A DNA stretch of 64,000 nt from Thermoflexia bacterium (GTDB taxonomy: Bacteria > Chloroflexota > Anaerolineae > B4-G1 > DUEL01): assembly GCA_011192125.1 (NCBI GenBank), contig DUEL01000002.1, forward strand, positions 52,161 through 116,160, written 5' to 3'. Position numbers and translations under genes: made by a program. The notes beneath the pieces are model-generated. The model saw nothing but the letters and a program-made list of their open reading frames with translations, was not told where the DNA came from and did not search any database. How positions within the stretch are numbered: position 1 is the stretch's first letter; every line of letters begins with the position of its first letter. Of this stretch, positions 9,100 through 18,348 are shown one piece after another.

Positions 9100-10233
9100 T
9101 CACAACGGTTTCTGGTATACCCGGAAGTGCTTGTACCGTTCTGCGCCCAACCGTTGGGCGACCAGGTTCACAATGAGATTATATTCCGAAGTGACGGAGC
9201 CGTCCAGCCACCGGTATCCTCCGGCGAGGAAGCCCTTCAGGACCTCTAGATAGAGGAGCGCGTCGATGCCCCTCTGTCGGTACTCAGGGAGGATGCCCAT
9301 CAGTTTGAAGGTCGCTACGTCCACCCGGCGGATCAGGCGGCGCAGGCGAAGCCAGTTGAAGGGGAACAACCGACCGTTCAGGTGGATCAACACCCGGTTC
9401 ACGTCCGGCAGAGCGATGCAGAAACCGACCGGCTCCCCCCCGACCTCGGCGAAGATCGCCATCCTTGGATCGACAAAGAGGCGCAGTTCATCTGCCATAC
9501 GACGGAAAGTCTCCTCGGGGATCGGGAGCCGATAGGGCAGGTGGGTCAGCGAGGCGTTGAAGAGCCGATGGAGGGTACGGACCTCCTCATCCCACGCCTC
9601 TAGCCGGACCGCGCGGGTGGTCACCCCTTGCCGTCGGGCCGCCTCCGCCACGCGACCCAACTCCGGCGGTAGGCTCTCCATCCGTTCCCCGATCTGCTCG
9701 CGGAAGGCCCGGTAGGCGTAGAGGTCCTGATGCTTCTCCATTCCATACCGCTCCAGGAAGGCGGCGTAATAAGGAGGGGTGTGGGCCTCCATCATCACCG
9801 GCGGGCAGTCGGCTCCGCCGATCAGCACACCGGGCCGGTCGCTGTTGTTGAAGTTCAGCGGCCCCCGCATCACCGTCGCCCCGTGCTCCCTCAACCACCC
9901 CGCTGCTACGTCAAGCATCCGAGCAGCGACGTCGTAATCCTCAATCACCTCGAAGAACCCAAACCCGCCCACCGCCTCCCCCAGAACTTCGATCAGCCAG
10001 CGGTCCACAAAGGCCGCCACCGTCCCCACCACCCGCCGCCCCTCCCGAGCCAGGAAGAGGGCGACGTCAGCACGCTCGAAGAAGGGATTGTGGGCCGAAT
10101 CGAGGGTGCGCATCATCTGGGAGATCAGCGGGGGGACCCAGTTGGGATCGTCCCGATACACCTGCCAGGGAAAGCGCACGAAAGCCCGCAGGTCGCGACG
10201 ATCGGACACCGGCTCGACGGTCAGTTGGGACAT
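9100..10233 (-). CDS. GNAT-fold acyltransferase, FemAB/COG3146-like (inferred)
   Basis: 377 aa; C-terminal GNAT motif A ILPEYRQRGIDALLYLEV; sits directly downstream of acyl-AMP ligase + ACP. Confidence 0.6.
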   Translation of the reverse strand: MSQLTVEPVSDRRDLRAFVRFPWQVYRDDPNWVPPLISQMMRTLDSAHNPFFERADVALFLAREGRRVVGTVAAFVDRWLIEVLGEAVGGFGFFEVIEDYDVAARMLDVAAGWLREHGATVMRGPLNFNNSDRPGVLIGGADCPPVMMEAHTPPYYAAFLERYGMEKHQDLYAYRAFREQIGERMESLPPELGRVAEAARRQGVTTRAVRLEAWDEEVRTLHRLFNASLTHLPYRLPIPEETFRRMADELRLFVDPRMAIFAEVGGEPVGFCIALPDVNRVLIHLNGRLFPFNWLRLRRLIRRVDVATFKLMGILPEYRQRGIDALLYLEVLKGFLAGGYRWLDGSVTSEYNLIVNLVAQRLGAERYKHFRVYQKPL

Positions 10234-10252
10234 CGGTCTGCACTCCTCACTT

Positions 10253-10284
10253 TCACCACAGAGACACGAAGGACGCAGAGAATC
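10253..10284. repeat. CACAGAGG element, solo left arm (copy B, degenerate)
   Basis: tcaccacagagacacgaaggacgcagagaatc without matching right arm. Confidence 0.5.
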
Positions 10285-10300
10285 TTAAGCGGTGTTCTGT

Positions 10301-12583
10301 TCAACCCTCGCCCTGCCACCACGCCAACAATCGGCCCAGCCGGGACTTCAACGGCCAGTACCGCTTGATCATTATCACCGTCTTGGGACATTCCCGGGCC
10401 ACCTTCTCCGGGATGGAGCCGAACAGCCGCTGCTCGAACAACCGCTCCGCCGACGCACCCACCATCACCAGGTTGTGATCCTCCGCCTCCTGCAGGATCC
10501 CTTCGACGACGCTGGAGGCCCGGGCCACCTTGCAGACCAGTGGGTAGTCATAGTGCCGGCTCTGCTCCTCCAGGATCCGGCAGACGCGAGCCTCCTGGGT
10601 CGGAGTGGCATCCTCAGGAAGAACGTAGAAGAGGGTGATGATGGACTCCTCCCCACTTTCCTCCCGATACTGACGGGCCTGAGCGATCGCCAGGTCGATG
10701 GCCAGGGCAGCGTGGGGTCCCCCGGCGGTGGGGATCAGAATGCGGCGAGGAGGTTCCCGGCGACGGAAACGGACGACGGCCAGATCACAGGGCGGGTTCT
10801 TCGCCACCAGGTCGATGACGCTGCCGAACGCCGCGCTCGGGTGGGTGGTGTAGCCAGGCCAGGCCAGGATCATCAGGTCGGTGCCCCGCTCGTAGGCAGT
10901 GTCGATGATCGCCGTGGCCGGATGCCGTCCCAGTCGGATCATCGTATGCACCGGCACATCGTACCGCTTCGCCTCTTCGATGACCGCCTCCAGGATCGGT
11001 TTCCCTTGCTTCAGGAAGAACCGCCCGTCGCTGATGCCCAACTGAGCCGGCACGCGGACCACGTGGAGGGCGAAGAGTTCGCCCCCCCGGTCCTTGGCGA
11101 TGGCCGCCCCGAGGATCCCCAACAGACGGGCTGTGTTGACGTCGGAGACAGGGATGAGGACCGAATACTGGGTGACGGCGACGATCTCCTCGTGGATGAT
11201 CCGCACCGGCTCCGGCAGCGCCTCCATCCGCCGGGCATAGGTGAAGTAGAAGAGCACCCCCAGCCCGATCCAGGCCAGGCTCGCGTACCAGGCGATGGGG
11301 CTAAGGTTGAACAGATAGGTGGAAAGGAAGATCTGGGAGAAGATCCCCAGGAGAGGAAAAAGGGGCAACAGAGGTACACGGAAGGGGCGACGGACGTCCG
11401 GCCGCTTCTTCCGCAAGACGATGACGGTGGCGTTGACCATCATAAACACGAGCAGGAACATAATGCTGGCCGAACTGGCGACGTCCCGGATCGGCAGAAG
11501 GACCGCCATCAGGATGACCAACCCGCCGGAGAAGAAGATGGCCCAGTGGGGGGTATGGCGCACCGGATGGACCTGACCGAAGAAGCCGGGCAGGTCGCGG
11601 TTGCGCCCCATCGCGAAGGAGACGCGGGAGGAGGAGTAGATGGTGGCGTTCAGGGCAGAAAGGGTGGACATCAAGCCGCCGAGCAGGAGGAGGAGCGAGC
11701 CGTAGGGCATCAGTTTCTCCGCCGCCTCCACCACCGCCTGTTCCTGGTAGAGGCCCAGGAACTGCCAGGAGGGGCTGCCGTCCGGAGGTTCAACCGCCCC
11801 CAAGAGCACGAAAGCGATGAGGAGGTAGATCGCGACGACGATCCCGATAGCGCCGAACATCGCCCGCGGGATGTTCCGGTCGGGATCGACCACCTCTTCG
11901 CCGGACTGAGCGATGATCTCATACCCCTGGAAAGCGATGGAGGTCAGCCCCATCGCGATGAGCACGCCGTGGAAGCCGTTGGGGAAGAAGGGGACGAACT
12001 CCGAGGTCCAGTCCGGCCGAAGGAAGAGGGCACGGAGGCCAAAGACCGCCAGCACGCCGAGGATGAGCACCTTCGCCATCGTGACGATGTTACCGACCTT
12101 GCCGGTCTCCGAGGCCCCCCGGTAATTGATGTAGGTGAAGAGGGCGGCGGCGACCACGGCCAACACCACTGACGCTTGCTCTTCGGGAAGGCCAAAGAAA
12201 GGGACCTGCGCCATCCGCAGCAGCCGGGCGGAGAAGGAACCAAAGCCCAGGGCATAGAGGCTACAGGCCACCGAATGGGCAAACCAGTCCATCCACCCGA
12301 CGAGGAAGCCGAAGAAGGGGGAGAGTCCCTCCCGCACCCACGGGTATCCCCCGCCTGCACCGGGAAAGGCGGAGCCCAGTTCGGCGTAACTGGCGGCGGT
12401 GAAGAGGGTGATCAGCCCGTTGAGGAGAAACGCCAGCATCAGGGCAGGCCCGGCCTCCCCGGCGGCGATCCCCGTCAAGACGAAAATACCGGCGCCGATC
12501 ATCCCACCGACGCCGATCATCGTGATATCGAACAGACCCAGGTCCCGGGTCAGGGTAACCTTGACCTCTTCGCGGTGGTTCAC
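10301..12583 (-). CDS. APC-family amino acid permease fused to C-terminal tandem universal stress protein (UspA) domains
   Basis: N-term DITMIGVGGMIGAGIFVLTGIAAGEAGPALMLAFLLNG with 12 TM; C-terminal ~290 aa with two USP-like Rossmann units. Confidence 0.8.
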   Translation of the reverse strand: MNHREEVKVTLTRDLGLFDITMIGVGGMIGAGIFVLTGIAAGEAGPALMLAFLLNGLITLFTAASYAELGSAFPGAGGGYPWVREGLSPFFGFLVGWMDWFAHSVACSLYALGFGSFSARLLRMAQVPFFGLPEEQASVVLAVVAAALFTYINYRGASETGKVGNIVTMAKVLILGVLAVFGLRALFLRPDWTSEFVPFFPNGFHGVLIAMGLTSIAFQGYEIIAQSGEEVVDPDRNIPRAMFGAIGIVVAIYLLIAFVLLGAVEPPDGSPSWQFLGLYQEQAVVEAAEKLMPYGSLLLLLGGLMSTLSALNATIYSSSRVSFAMGRNRDLPGFFGQVHPVRHTPHWAIFFSGGLVILMAVLLPIRDVASSASIMFLLVFMMVNATVIVLRKKRPDVRRPFRVPLLPLFPLLGIFSQIFLSTYLFNLSPIAWYASLAWIGLGVLFYFTYARRMEALPEPVRIIHEEIVAVTQYSVLIPVSDVNTARLLGILGAAIAKDRGGELFALHVVRVPAQLGISDGRFFLKQGKPILEAVIEEAKRYDVPVHTMIRLGRHPATAIIDTAYERGTDLMILAWPGYTTHPSAAFGSVIDLVAKNPPCDLAVVRFRRREPPRRILIPTAGGPHAALAIDLAIAQARQYREESGEESIITLFYVLPEDATPTQEARVCRILEEQSRHYDYPLVCKVARASSVVEGILQEAEDHNLVMVGASAERLFEQRLFGSIPEKVARECPKTVIMIKRYWPLKSRLGRLLAWWQGEG

Positions 12584-12683
12584 CTCTTGTACTCCTGGCA
12601 GGATGAAGTCAACGACAACGAAGGAAGATTATAACACAAGGTTGTAGGAAGAAAAGGAGCAGGACAGGTCGCAGAGGCGTAGG

Positions 12684-15359
12684 TCACGAGGACACGCGGC
12701 GCGAGGCGGCGCGGAGCCGCCGCTGCAGTTCGTTGAGCAGGACCAGGGCCTGCACCGGCGTCAGGTTGCCGATGTCCAGCCCGAAGATCTCCTGCACTAC
12801 CGCCCAGACCACCTCGTCGTCGGCCGGCACCAGCAGGTCTCCCCGCTCCCTGCTCACCGGATACACCGCCTCTATCTCCCTGCGCTTCCCCCTCTCCTTC
12901 ACCCCCTCCAGCCACTCCATCACCTCCCGCGCCCGCTCGACCACGTGGTCGTGGATGCCGGCCAGCCGGGCGACGTGGATGCCATAACTCTGGTCGATGC
13001 TTCCCTCGACGAGCCGGTAGAGAAACACCACGTCGCCCTCCTGTTCCCGCACCGCCATACAGACGTTGCGCGCCCCCTCCAACCGGTCGGCCAGGCCGGT
13101 CAGTTCGTGGAAGTGGGTGGCGAAGAGGGTGCGGGCGCCGATCCGGTCGTGTAACTCCTCCCCCACCGCCCACGCCAGCCCCATCCCGTCGTAGGTGGAG
13201 GTCCCACGCCCCACCTCGTCCAGCACGACCAGGCTGCGGTCGGTGGCGTGGCGGAGAATGTAGGCGGTCTCGCTCATCTCCACCAGGAAGGTGGACCGGC
13301 CCTGGGCGATGTCGTCGCTGGCCCCGGCGCGGACGAAGATGCGGTCGACCAGGCCGATGCGGGCCGACGCGGCGGGGACGAAACTGCCCATCTGAGCCAT
13401 CAGGACGATGAGGGCGACCTGGCGGATGTAGACGGACTTGCCGCTCATGTTCGGACCGGTGATGACCAGCAGGCGGCGCTCCTCCCCGTCGAGGAGGGTG
13501 TCGTTGGGGACGAAGCGGACCCCGTCCGGCAGCAGCCGCTCCACCACCGGATGACGGCCCTCCCGGATCTCGACGACGGTGCTATCGTCCACGAGGGGGC
13601 GGGTGTAGCCGTGCCGGGCGGCGACCTCCGCCAGGGTGGCCAGGACGTCCAACTCGGCGAGCACCCGCGCCGCCCGCTGGAGCCGGTCGATATGACCGGC
13701 CACCTGACGCCGCAGTTTGACGAACAGTTCGTACTCCAGTTCGTTGGCCCGGTCCTCCGCGGCCAGTATCTCCGCCTCGCGGGCCTTCAGTTCCGGCGTG
13801 GTGAACCGCTCGGCGTGGGTGATGGTGGCCTTCCGCTCGTACTCCGGCGGGACCAGGTGGGACTTGCTCCGCGGTACCTCGACGAAGAAGCCGAAGACCT
13901 GGTTGTATCGGACCCGGAGGGTGGGAATGCCGGTCCGCTCCCGCTCCCGGGCCTCGTAGGCAGTGAGCCAATCCCGCCCCTCAGCGGCGATCTGCCGGAG
14001 CCGGTCCAGTTCGGGGCTGTACCCGGCCCGGATGAGCCCGCCCTCCTTAAGGAGGTAGGGAGGGGCGTCCACCAGCGCGCGACCGATGAGAGAAGCCACG
14101 TCCCGCAGTTCGTCCAATCCTTCGTTCAGGGCCCGCAGCCGGGCGGAGTGGGCCTTGCCCAGCACCCGCTTGATGCGGGGGATGCGCTCCAGCGCCCGGC
14201 GCAGCGCGGCCAGGTCCCGGGCGTTGGCCGTGCCGAACCCCACCCGTCCCACCAGCCGCTCCACGTCGTGCAGGCCGTCGAGCAGCCGACGCAGGTCCGC
14301 CCGCAGGAACGCTCCTCCCGCTCCCCTGCTCCCTGCTTCTTGGCTTCCCACCAACTCCCCCACCGCATCCAGCCGCTCTTGGATCCGGTCCAGGTCCACC
14401 AGCGGCTGCAAGATCCACCGGCGCAGGAGCCGCGCGCCCATCGGGGTGACCGTCCGGTCGAGCACGCCCAGGAGGCTCCCTTCGACCTTCCCCTCGCGGA
14501 GGGTGCGGGTCAACTCCAGGTTGCGTCGGGTCACCCCGTCCAGGCCGAGGGTCGCCTGCGGATTATAGGTGCGCAGGCTGCGCAAATGGGCCAGGTCGGA
14601 CACCTGGCTCTCCTGGAGATAGCGGAGCGCGGCCCCGGCCGCCGCCGTCGCCAGGGGGAGGTCCTCGCAGCCATAGGGGGCCAACGTCGCCACGCCAAAG
14701 TGGTCCAGCAGCCGCTGCCGGGCCTCCTCGGGCGCGAAACCGGCGGGGTCGAGGGGGGAGATGCGGGCCGGGCGGACCCGGCGGAAGGGCGCGACCGCCG
14801 CCTCGTCGTCGGCCATCGTCGTGGGGAGGACGATCTCGCTGGGCGAGAGGAGGTCCAGTTCCTCCAGCAGCCGGTCGAGCGCGTCCGGCCCAATGAACTG
14901 GGTGGCGATGAACTCGCCGGTGGAGAGGTCTACCCCTGCCAGGCCCCACCCCTCCTTTGCAGGGGCCAGAGCGACCAGGAAGTTCTGGGCTTTCTCCTGC
15001 AGGAGGGATTCTTCGACGACGGTGCCGGGGGTGATCACGCGGACCACCTCCCGCTGGATGAGCCGTCGTCTGCCGGGGGGTTCCATCTGCTCGGCGATGG
15101 CGACCTTGTAGCCGCGGGCGAGGAGTTTGGCGACGTAGGCGTCCAGTTGGCGGTAAGGGACCCCGCACATCGGCAGTTTGACCCGCTTGGAGAACCGGCG
15201 GGAGGTGAGGACCAGGTCCAGTTCTCGGGAGGCGACGCGGGCGTCCTCCTCGAACATCTCGTAGAAATCGCCCAGGCGGAAGAGGAGGATCGCGTCCGGG
15301 AACCGGGCCTTCAGCCGTCGGTACTGGCGGAGCATCGGGGTCGCTTGCTCGGCGGTCAT
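12684..15359 (-). CDS. mutS: DNA mismatch repair protein MutS
   Basis: 891 aa; N-term MLRQYRRLKARFPDAILLFRLGDFYEMF, Walker A ITGPNMSGKS, C-terminal HTH region. Confidence 0.95.
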   Translation of the reverse strand: MTAEQATPMLRQYRRLKARFPDAILLFRLGDFYEMFEEDARVASRELDLVLTSRRFSKRVKLPMCGVPYRQLDAYVAKLLARGYKVAIAEQMEPPGRRRLIQREVVRVITPGTVVEESLLQEKAQNFLVALAPAKEGWGLAGVDLSTGEFIATQFIGPDALDRLLEELDLLSPSEIVLPTTMADDEAAVAPFRRVRPARISPLDPAGFAPEEARQRLLDHFGVATLAPYGCEDLPLATAAAGAALRYLQESQVSDLAHLRSLRTYNPQATLGLDGVTRRNLELTRTLREGKVEGSLLGVLDRTVTPMGARLLRRWILQPLVDLDRIQERLDAVGELVGSQEAGSRGAGGAFLRADLRRLLDGLHDVERLVGRVGFGTANARDLAALRRALERIPRIKRVLGKAHSARLRALNEGLDELRDVASLIGRALVDAPPYLLKEGGLIRAGYSPELDRLRQIAAEGRDWLTAYEARERERTGIPTLRVRYNQVFGFFVEVPRSKSHLVPPEYERKATITHAERFTTPELKAREAEILAAEDRANELEYELFVKLRRQVAGHIDRLQRAARVLAELDVLATLAEVAARHGYTRPLVDDSTVVEIREGRHPVVERLLPDGVRFVPNDTLLDGEERRLLVITGPNMSGKSVYIRQVALIVLMAQMGSFVPAASARIGLVDRIFVRAGASDDIAQGRSTFLVEMSETAYILRHATDRSLVVLDEVGRGTSTYDGMGLAWAVGEELHDRIGARTLFATHFHELTGLADRLEGARNVCMAVREQEGDVVFLYRLVEGSIDQSYGIHVARLAGIHDHVVERAREVMEWLEGVKERGKRREIEAVYPVSRERGDLLVPADDEVVWAVVQEIFGLDIGNLTPVQALVLLNELQRRLRAASRRVSS

Positions 15360-15392
15360 CGCGCTGGTTCTCCCTCGGTCCGTCCGTGCACG

Positions 15393-15420
15393 ATTATAGG
15401 CCGGGCGGGCGGGGCGTCAA
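15393..15420 (-). promoter_or_regulatory. sigma70-like promoter of mutS (TTGACG-16-TATAAT on minus strand)
   Basis: minus-strand TTGACG at 15420-15415, TATAAT at 15398-15393; mutS ATG 15359 ~27 nt downstream of predicted TSS. Confidence 0.55.
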
Positions 15421-15443
15421 GCCCCCCCCTCACCCATCCGCAC

Positions 15444-15500
15444 ATCCGCGCATTCGTGCATTCGCGCATTCGTACATTCGTGCATTCGTGCCCCATTCGC
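15444..15500. promoter_or_regulatory. tandem GCATTCGY octamer array (5-6 units) just upstream of mutS -35
   Basis: gcattcgt gcattcgc gcattcgt acattcgt gcattcgt gccccattcgc; 24 nt from -35 of mutS promoter; 125 nt upstream of padR -35. Confidence 0.6.
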
Positions 15501-15624
15501 GGACGGCCCCATCCTCCCGGGGATCCACGATCAGCGCCGCCGCCGAAGCGGTCACCCCCGGAGTATACCCCGGAAGCACAGGTGAGACAAACTGTCCTAC
15601 TTTCCACCTCCCACGCCTCTTACC

Positions 15625-15652
15625 TTGACAACCCATCCGATCTGGATATAAT
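15625..15652 (+). promoter_or_regulatory. consensus sigma70-like promoter of padR-ECF operon (TTGACA-16-TATAAT)
   Basis: TTGACA 15625-15630, TATAAT 15647-15652. Confidence 0.6.
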
Positions 15653-15663
15653 CTCCATCCAAG

Positions 15664-15680
15664 TATTCACATTGTGAATA
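15664..15680. promoter_or_regulatory. perfect 17-bp palindrome TATTCACATTGTGAATA: candidate PadR operator
   Basis: 8-bp arms around single central T, located +5 to +21 relative to predicted TSS and 20 nt upstream of padR ATG. Confidence 0.55.
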
Positions 15681-15700
15681 TCCACAAAGCGAGGAAGAAA

Positions 15701-16297
15701 ATGGGCCGACGGCGGCTGCCGCTAGAGAAAGTGCTCCTGGGTTTCCTGATGCAGGGCCCCCTGCACGGGTACGACCTGCACCGGCGGGTGGAGACGGAAC
15801 TGGGGAACGTCTGGCGGATGGGAATGGGGTACATCTACAACACCCTCAAGGAACTCGAGCGGGGAGGCCAGGTGGAATCGGTGGTGCTCCCCCAGGAGAA
15901 CCGCCCTCCCCGCAAGGTCTACCGCATCACCCCTGCAGGCCAGCGCAGCTTCCTGGACTGGGTCCGGCAGCCGGTGGACGCCGTGCGGGATATGCGGGTG
16001 GAGTTCCCTGCCAAACTGTACTTCTTCCACCTGCTGGACCTGGACGGCGTCTCCCGCCTTATCTCCGCCCAGGAGACCGCCTGCCGCCGTCGGTTGGAGC
16101 GGCTAGAGAAGAGCGCCGAGCGGTACGGCCCTCACGACTTCGACCGGCTGGTCTTCGACTTCCGCCGCCGTCAGATCGAGGCCGTCTTGGATTGGCTGGC
16201 CGACTGCCGTGAGACGTGGGCAGCGTGGCGCGCTGCCGCCCAAAAAGACAACCTGCGAGAGGCTCAGATGGAATGGAAGACGGACACCCCATCGTAG
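15701..16297 (+). CDS. PadR-family transcriptional regulator
   Basis: LGFLMQGPLHGYDLHRRVETELGNVWRMGMGYIYNTLKELERGGQVES winged-helix typical of PadR; GAGGA SD 8 nt before ATG 15701. Confidence 0.8.
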   Translation: MGRRRLPLEKVLLGFLMQGPLHGYDLHRRVETELGNVWRMGMGYIYNTLKELERGGQVESVVLPQENRPPRKVYRITPAGQRSFLDWVRQPVDAVRDMRVEFPAKLYFFHLLDLDGVSRLISAQETACRRRLERLEKSAERYGPHDFDRLVFDFRRRQIEAVLDWLADCRETWAAWRAAAQKDNLREAQMEWKTDTPS

Positions 16298-17664
16298 AGG
16301 TCCACAACCTGCAGGTCCGATACCCCGAGGCGGGCGCGCTGAGAGGGGTGGATCTCTCCATCGCTCCGGGCTCGTTCGTGCTGATCGGCGGTCCCTCGGG
16401 CGGGGGGAAGAGCACCCTGGCCCACACGCTGGTGGGGCTGATCCCCCAGGTCTTTCCGGCTGAGGTGGAGGGGAGCGTGCAGGTGGCGGGGCTGGACCCC
16501 TGGCGGGAGCCCATCGCGCGGGTCGCCACCCACGTCGGGTTGGTCCTCCAGAACCCGGCCACCCAATTGTTCAACGGCACAGTGGAGGAAGAAGTCGCCT
16601 TCGGTCCGCGCAATCTGGGCCTGCCGCCCGAGGAGATCGCAGCGCGGGTGGCCTACGCGCTGGAGGCGACCGGCTGCGAGCACCTGCGGCATCGCGCCGT
16701 GCGGCACCTCTCGGGTGGGGAACAACAACGGGTGGCGATCGCCGCCGTCCTGGCGATGCGCCCCTCCGTGCTGGTCCTGGATGAGCCGACGGCCAACCTG
16801 GACGAGGAGGGGGCGCGGGCGGTGGTCCACGCGCTGGACGGGCTCCGCCGACGGCTGGGCGTGACCGTGGTCGTCATCGAGCACCGGCTGGAGAAGTTTC
16901 TCCCCTATGCCGACCGGCTGGTGTGGCTGGAAGACGGCCGGGTCATCGCCGATGGGCCGCCCGCCGAGACGCTGGCCCGGGTGCTCCCGCCGCACAAGCC
17001 GCGTCGCCCTGACCGACGTCGGACCGAGGCCCCGCTGGTCTCCCTGGAGAAGGTCACCGCCGGTTACGACGGGCGGGTCGTCCTGTCCGACTGCTCTCTC
17101 ACCCTCTACCAGGGGGAGTTCGCCGCCCTGGTCGGGCCGAACGGGGCCGGGAAGACGACGCTGGCGCGGGTCCTGGCCGGCCTCTTGCGCCCTCGCGCGG
17201 GGCGGGTCGCCTGGCACGCCAACGGCCGCCAAGCGCGGGTCGGTTTCCTCCAGCAGAACGCCCTCCACCAACTGGTCTGCGACACGGTCGAGGAGGAGGT
17301 CCTCCTGGGTCCGCGGAACCTGGGCCTGGTCGGTTCCCTCGACGTGGACCGGATCTTCGAGCAGACCGGCCTGGCCGCGCTGCGCCGCCGCCCCACCTAC
17401 GCCCTCAGCGTAGGCCAACAGCAACGGACGGTCCTGGCCGCCACCCTGAGCTTGCGGCCCTCCCTGCTCATCCTGGACGAACCGACCCTGGGACAGGACC
17501 CCGTCCACCTGCAGCGGATGATGGACTTCCTGGCCGACCTGAACCGGTCCGGCCAGACGATCCTCCTGATCACCCACGACCGTCGCCTGGTCGACCAATA
17601 CGCCACCCGCGTGCTGGAGGTGAGGGAGGGACATGTATGGGAACTGGGAGACGCCGAACCTTGA
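16273..17664 (+). CDS. ECF/ABC transporter ATP-binding protein, duplicated ATPase (EcfA1-EcfA2 fusion)
   Basis: Two Walker A (GGPSGGGKST, GPNGAGKTT), two signature LSGGEQQR/LSVGQQQR, two Walker B DEPT; start ATG 16273 chosen over track start 16216 which would overlap padR by 82 nt. Confidence 0.8.
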   Translation: MEDGHPIVEVHNLQVRYPEAGALRGVDLSIAPGSFVLIGGPSGGGKSTLAHTLVGLIPQVFPAEVEGSVQVAGLDPWREPIARVATHVGLVLQNPATQLFNGTVEEEVAFGPRNLGLPPEEIAARVAYALEATGCEHLRHRAVRHLSGGEQQRVAIAAVLAMRPSVLVLDEPTANLDEEGARAVVHALDGLRRRLGVTVVVIEHRLEKFLPYADRLVWLEDGRVIADGPPAETLARVLPPHKPRRPDRRRTEAPLVSLEKVTAGYDGRVVLSDCSLTLYQGEFAALVGPNGAGKTTLARVLAGLLRPRAGRVAWHANGRQARVGFLQQNALHQLVCDTVEEEVLLGPRNLGLVGSLDVDRIFEQTGLAALRRRPTYALSVGQQQRTVLAATLSLRPSLLILDEPTLGQDPVHLQRMMDFLADLNRSGQTILLITHDRRLVDQYATRVLEVREGHVWELGDAEP

Positions 17665-17715
17665 ACCTCGAACCCTGAACCCTGAACCATAAATCTTGAA
17701 CGAGGAGGTAACACC

Positions 17716-18348
17716 GTGAACCGCTACACCGTTCGCAGTTGGGTCATCATCGGTCTGTTCGGAGCCCTTTGGGGCGTCGTCGAACTGACGCTGGGCTCGT
17801 ATCTGCACGTCATCTTCCCTCCCCAGGCCAACACCTTTCTGACCGGGGTGGTGATGGGAGGGATCGGCGCGCTGATCGCCCTCACGGGCCGCCACTTCGT
17901 GCCCAACCAGGGATCGGTCTTCCTGATCGCGGTGGTGACCGCGCTGATCAAGCTGCTCAGCCCCGGCGGGGCCCGGCTAGGGCCGTTCGTCGCCATCCTG
18001 ATGGAGGGATTGCTGATGGAAGTGGCTCTCCTGATCGCCGGTCGGCCCCGCGCCTGGGGCTTCGCCCTCGGCGGGGCGCTGGCCGTGGGGTGGAACTTCT
18101 TCCACAAGTTCGTGATGATGCGGCTGGTGTACGGCGGCAGCGTCGTCGAGGTGTACGAGAAGATGGTCAAAGAGGGCAGCCAGATGCTCGGGTTGGACGT
18201 CTCGGCCGCGCTGTTGATCCTCGGCGTGCTGCTGCTGGTCCGACTGATCGTGGGAGGGATCGCCGGATGGAGCGCGTGGGCGTTGGGTGGCGCGGTGGCC
18301 CGGCGGTTGGGGCGGCGCGTCCCCTCAGGCGAGGAAGTCGTCCGTTGA
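17716..18348 (+). CDS. ECF transporter substrate-specific (S) component-like small membrane protein
   Basis: 210 aa, ~6 TM helices, Gly-rich; position between EcfA and EcfT. Confidence 0.55.
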   Translation: MNRYTVRSWVIIGLFGALWGVVELTLGSYLHVIFPPQANTFLTGVVMGGIGALIALTGRHFVPNQGSVFLIAVVTALIKLLSPGGARLGPFVAILMEGLLMEVALLIAGRPRAWGFALGGALAVGWNFFHKFVMMRLVYGGSVVEVYEKMVKEGSQMLGLDVSAALLILGVLLLVRLIVGGIAGWSAWALGGAVARRLGRRVPSGEEVVR

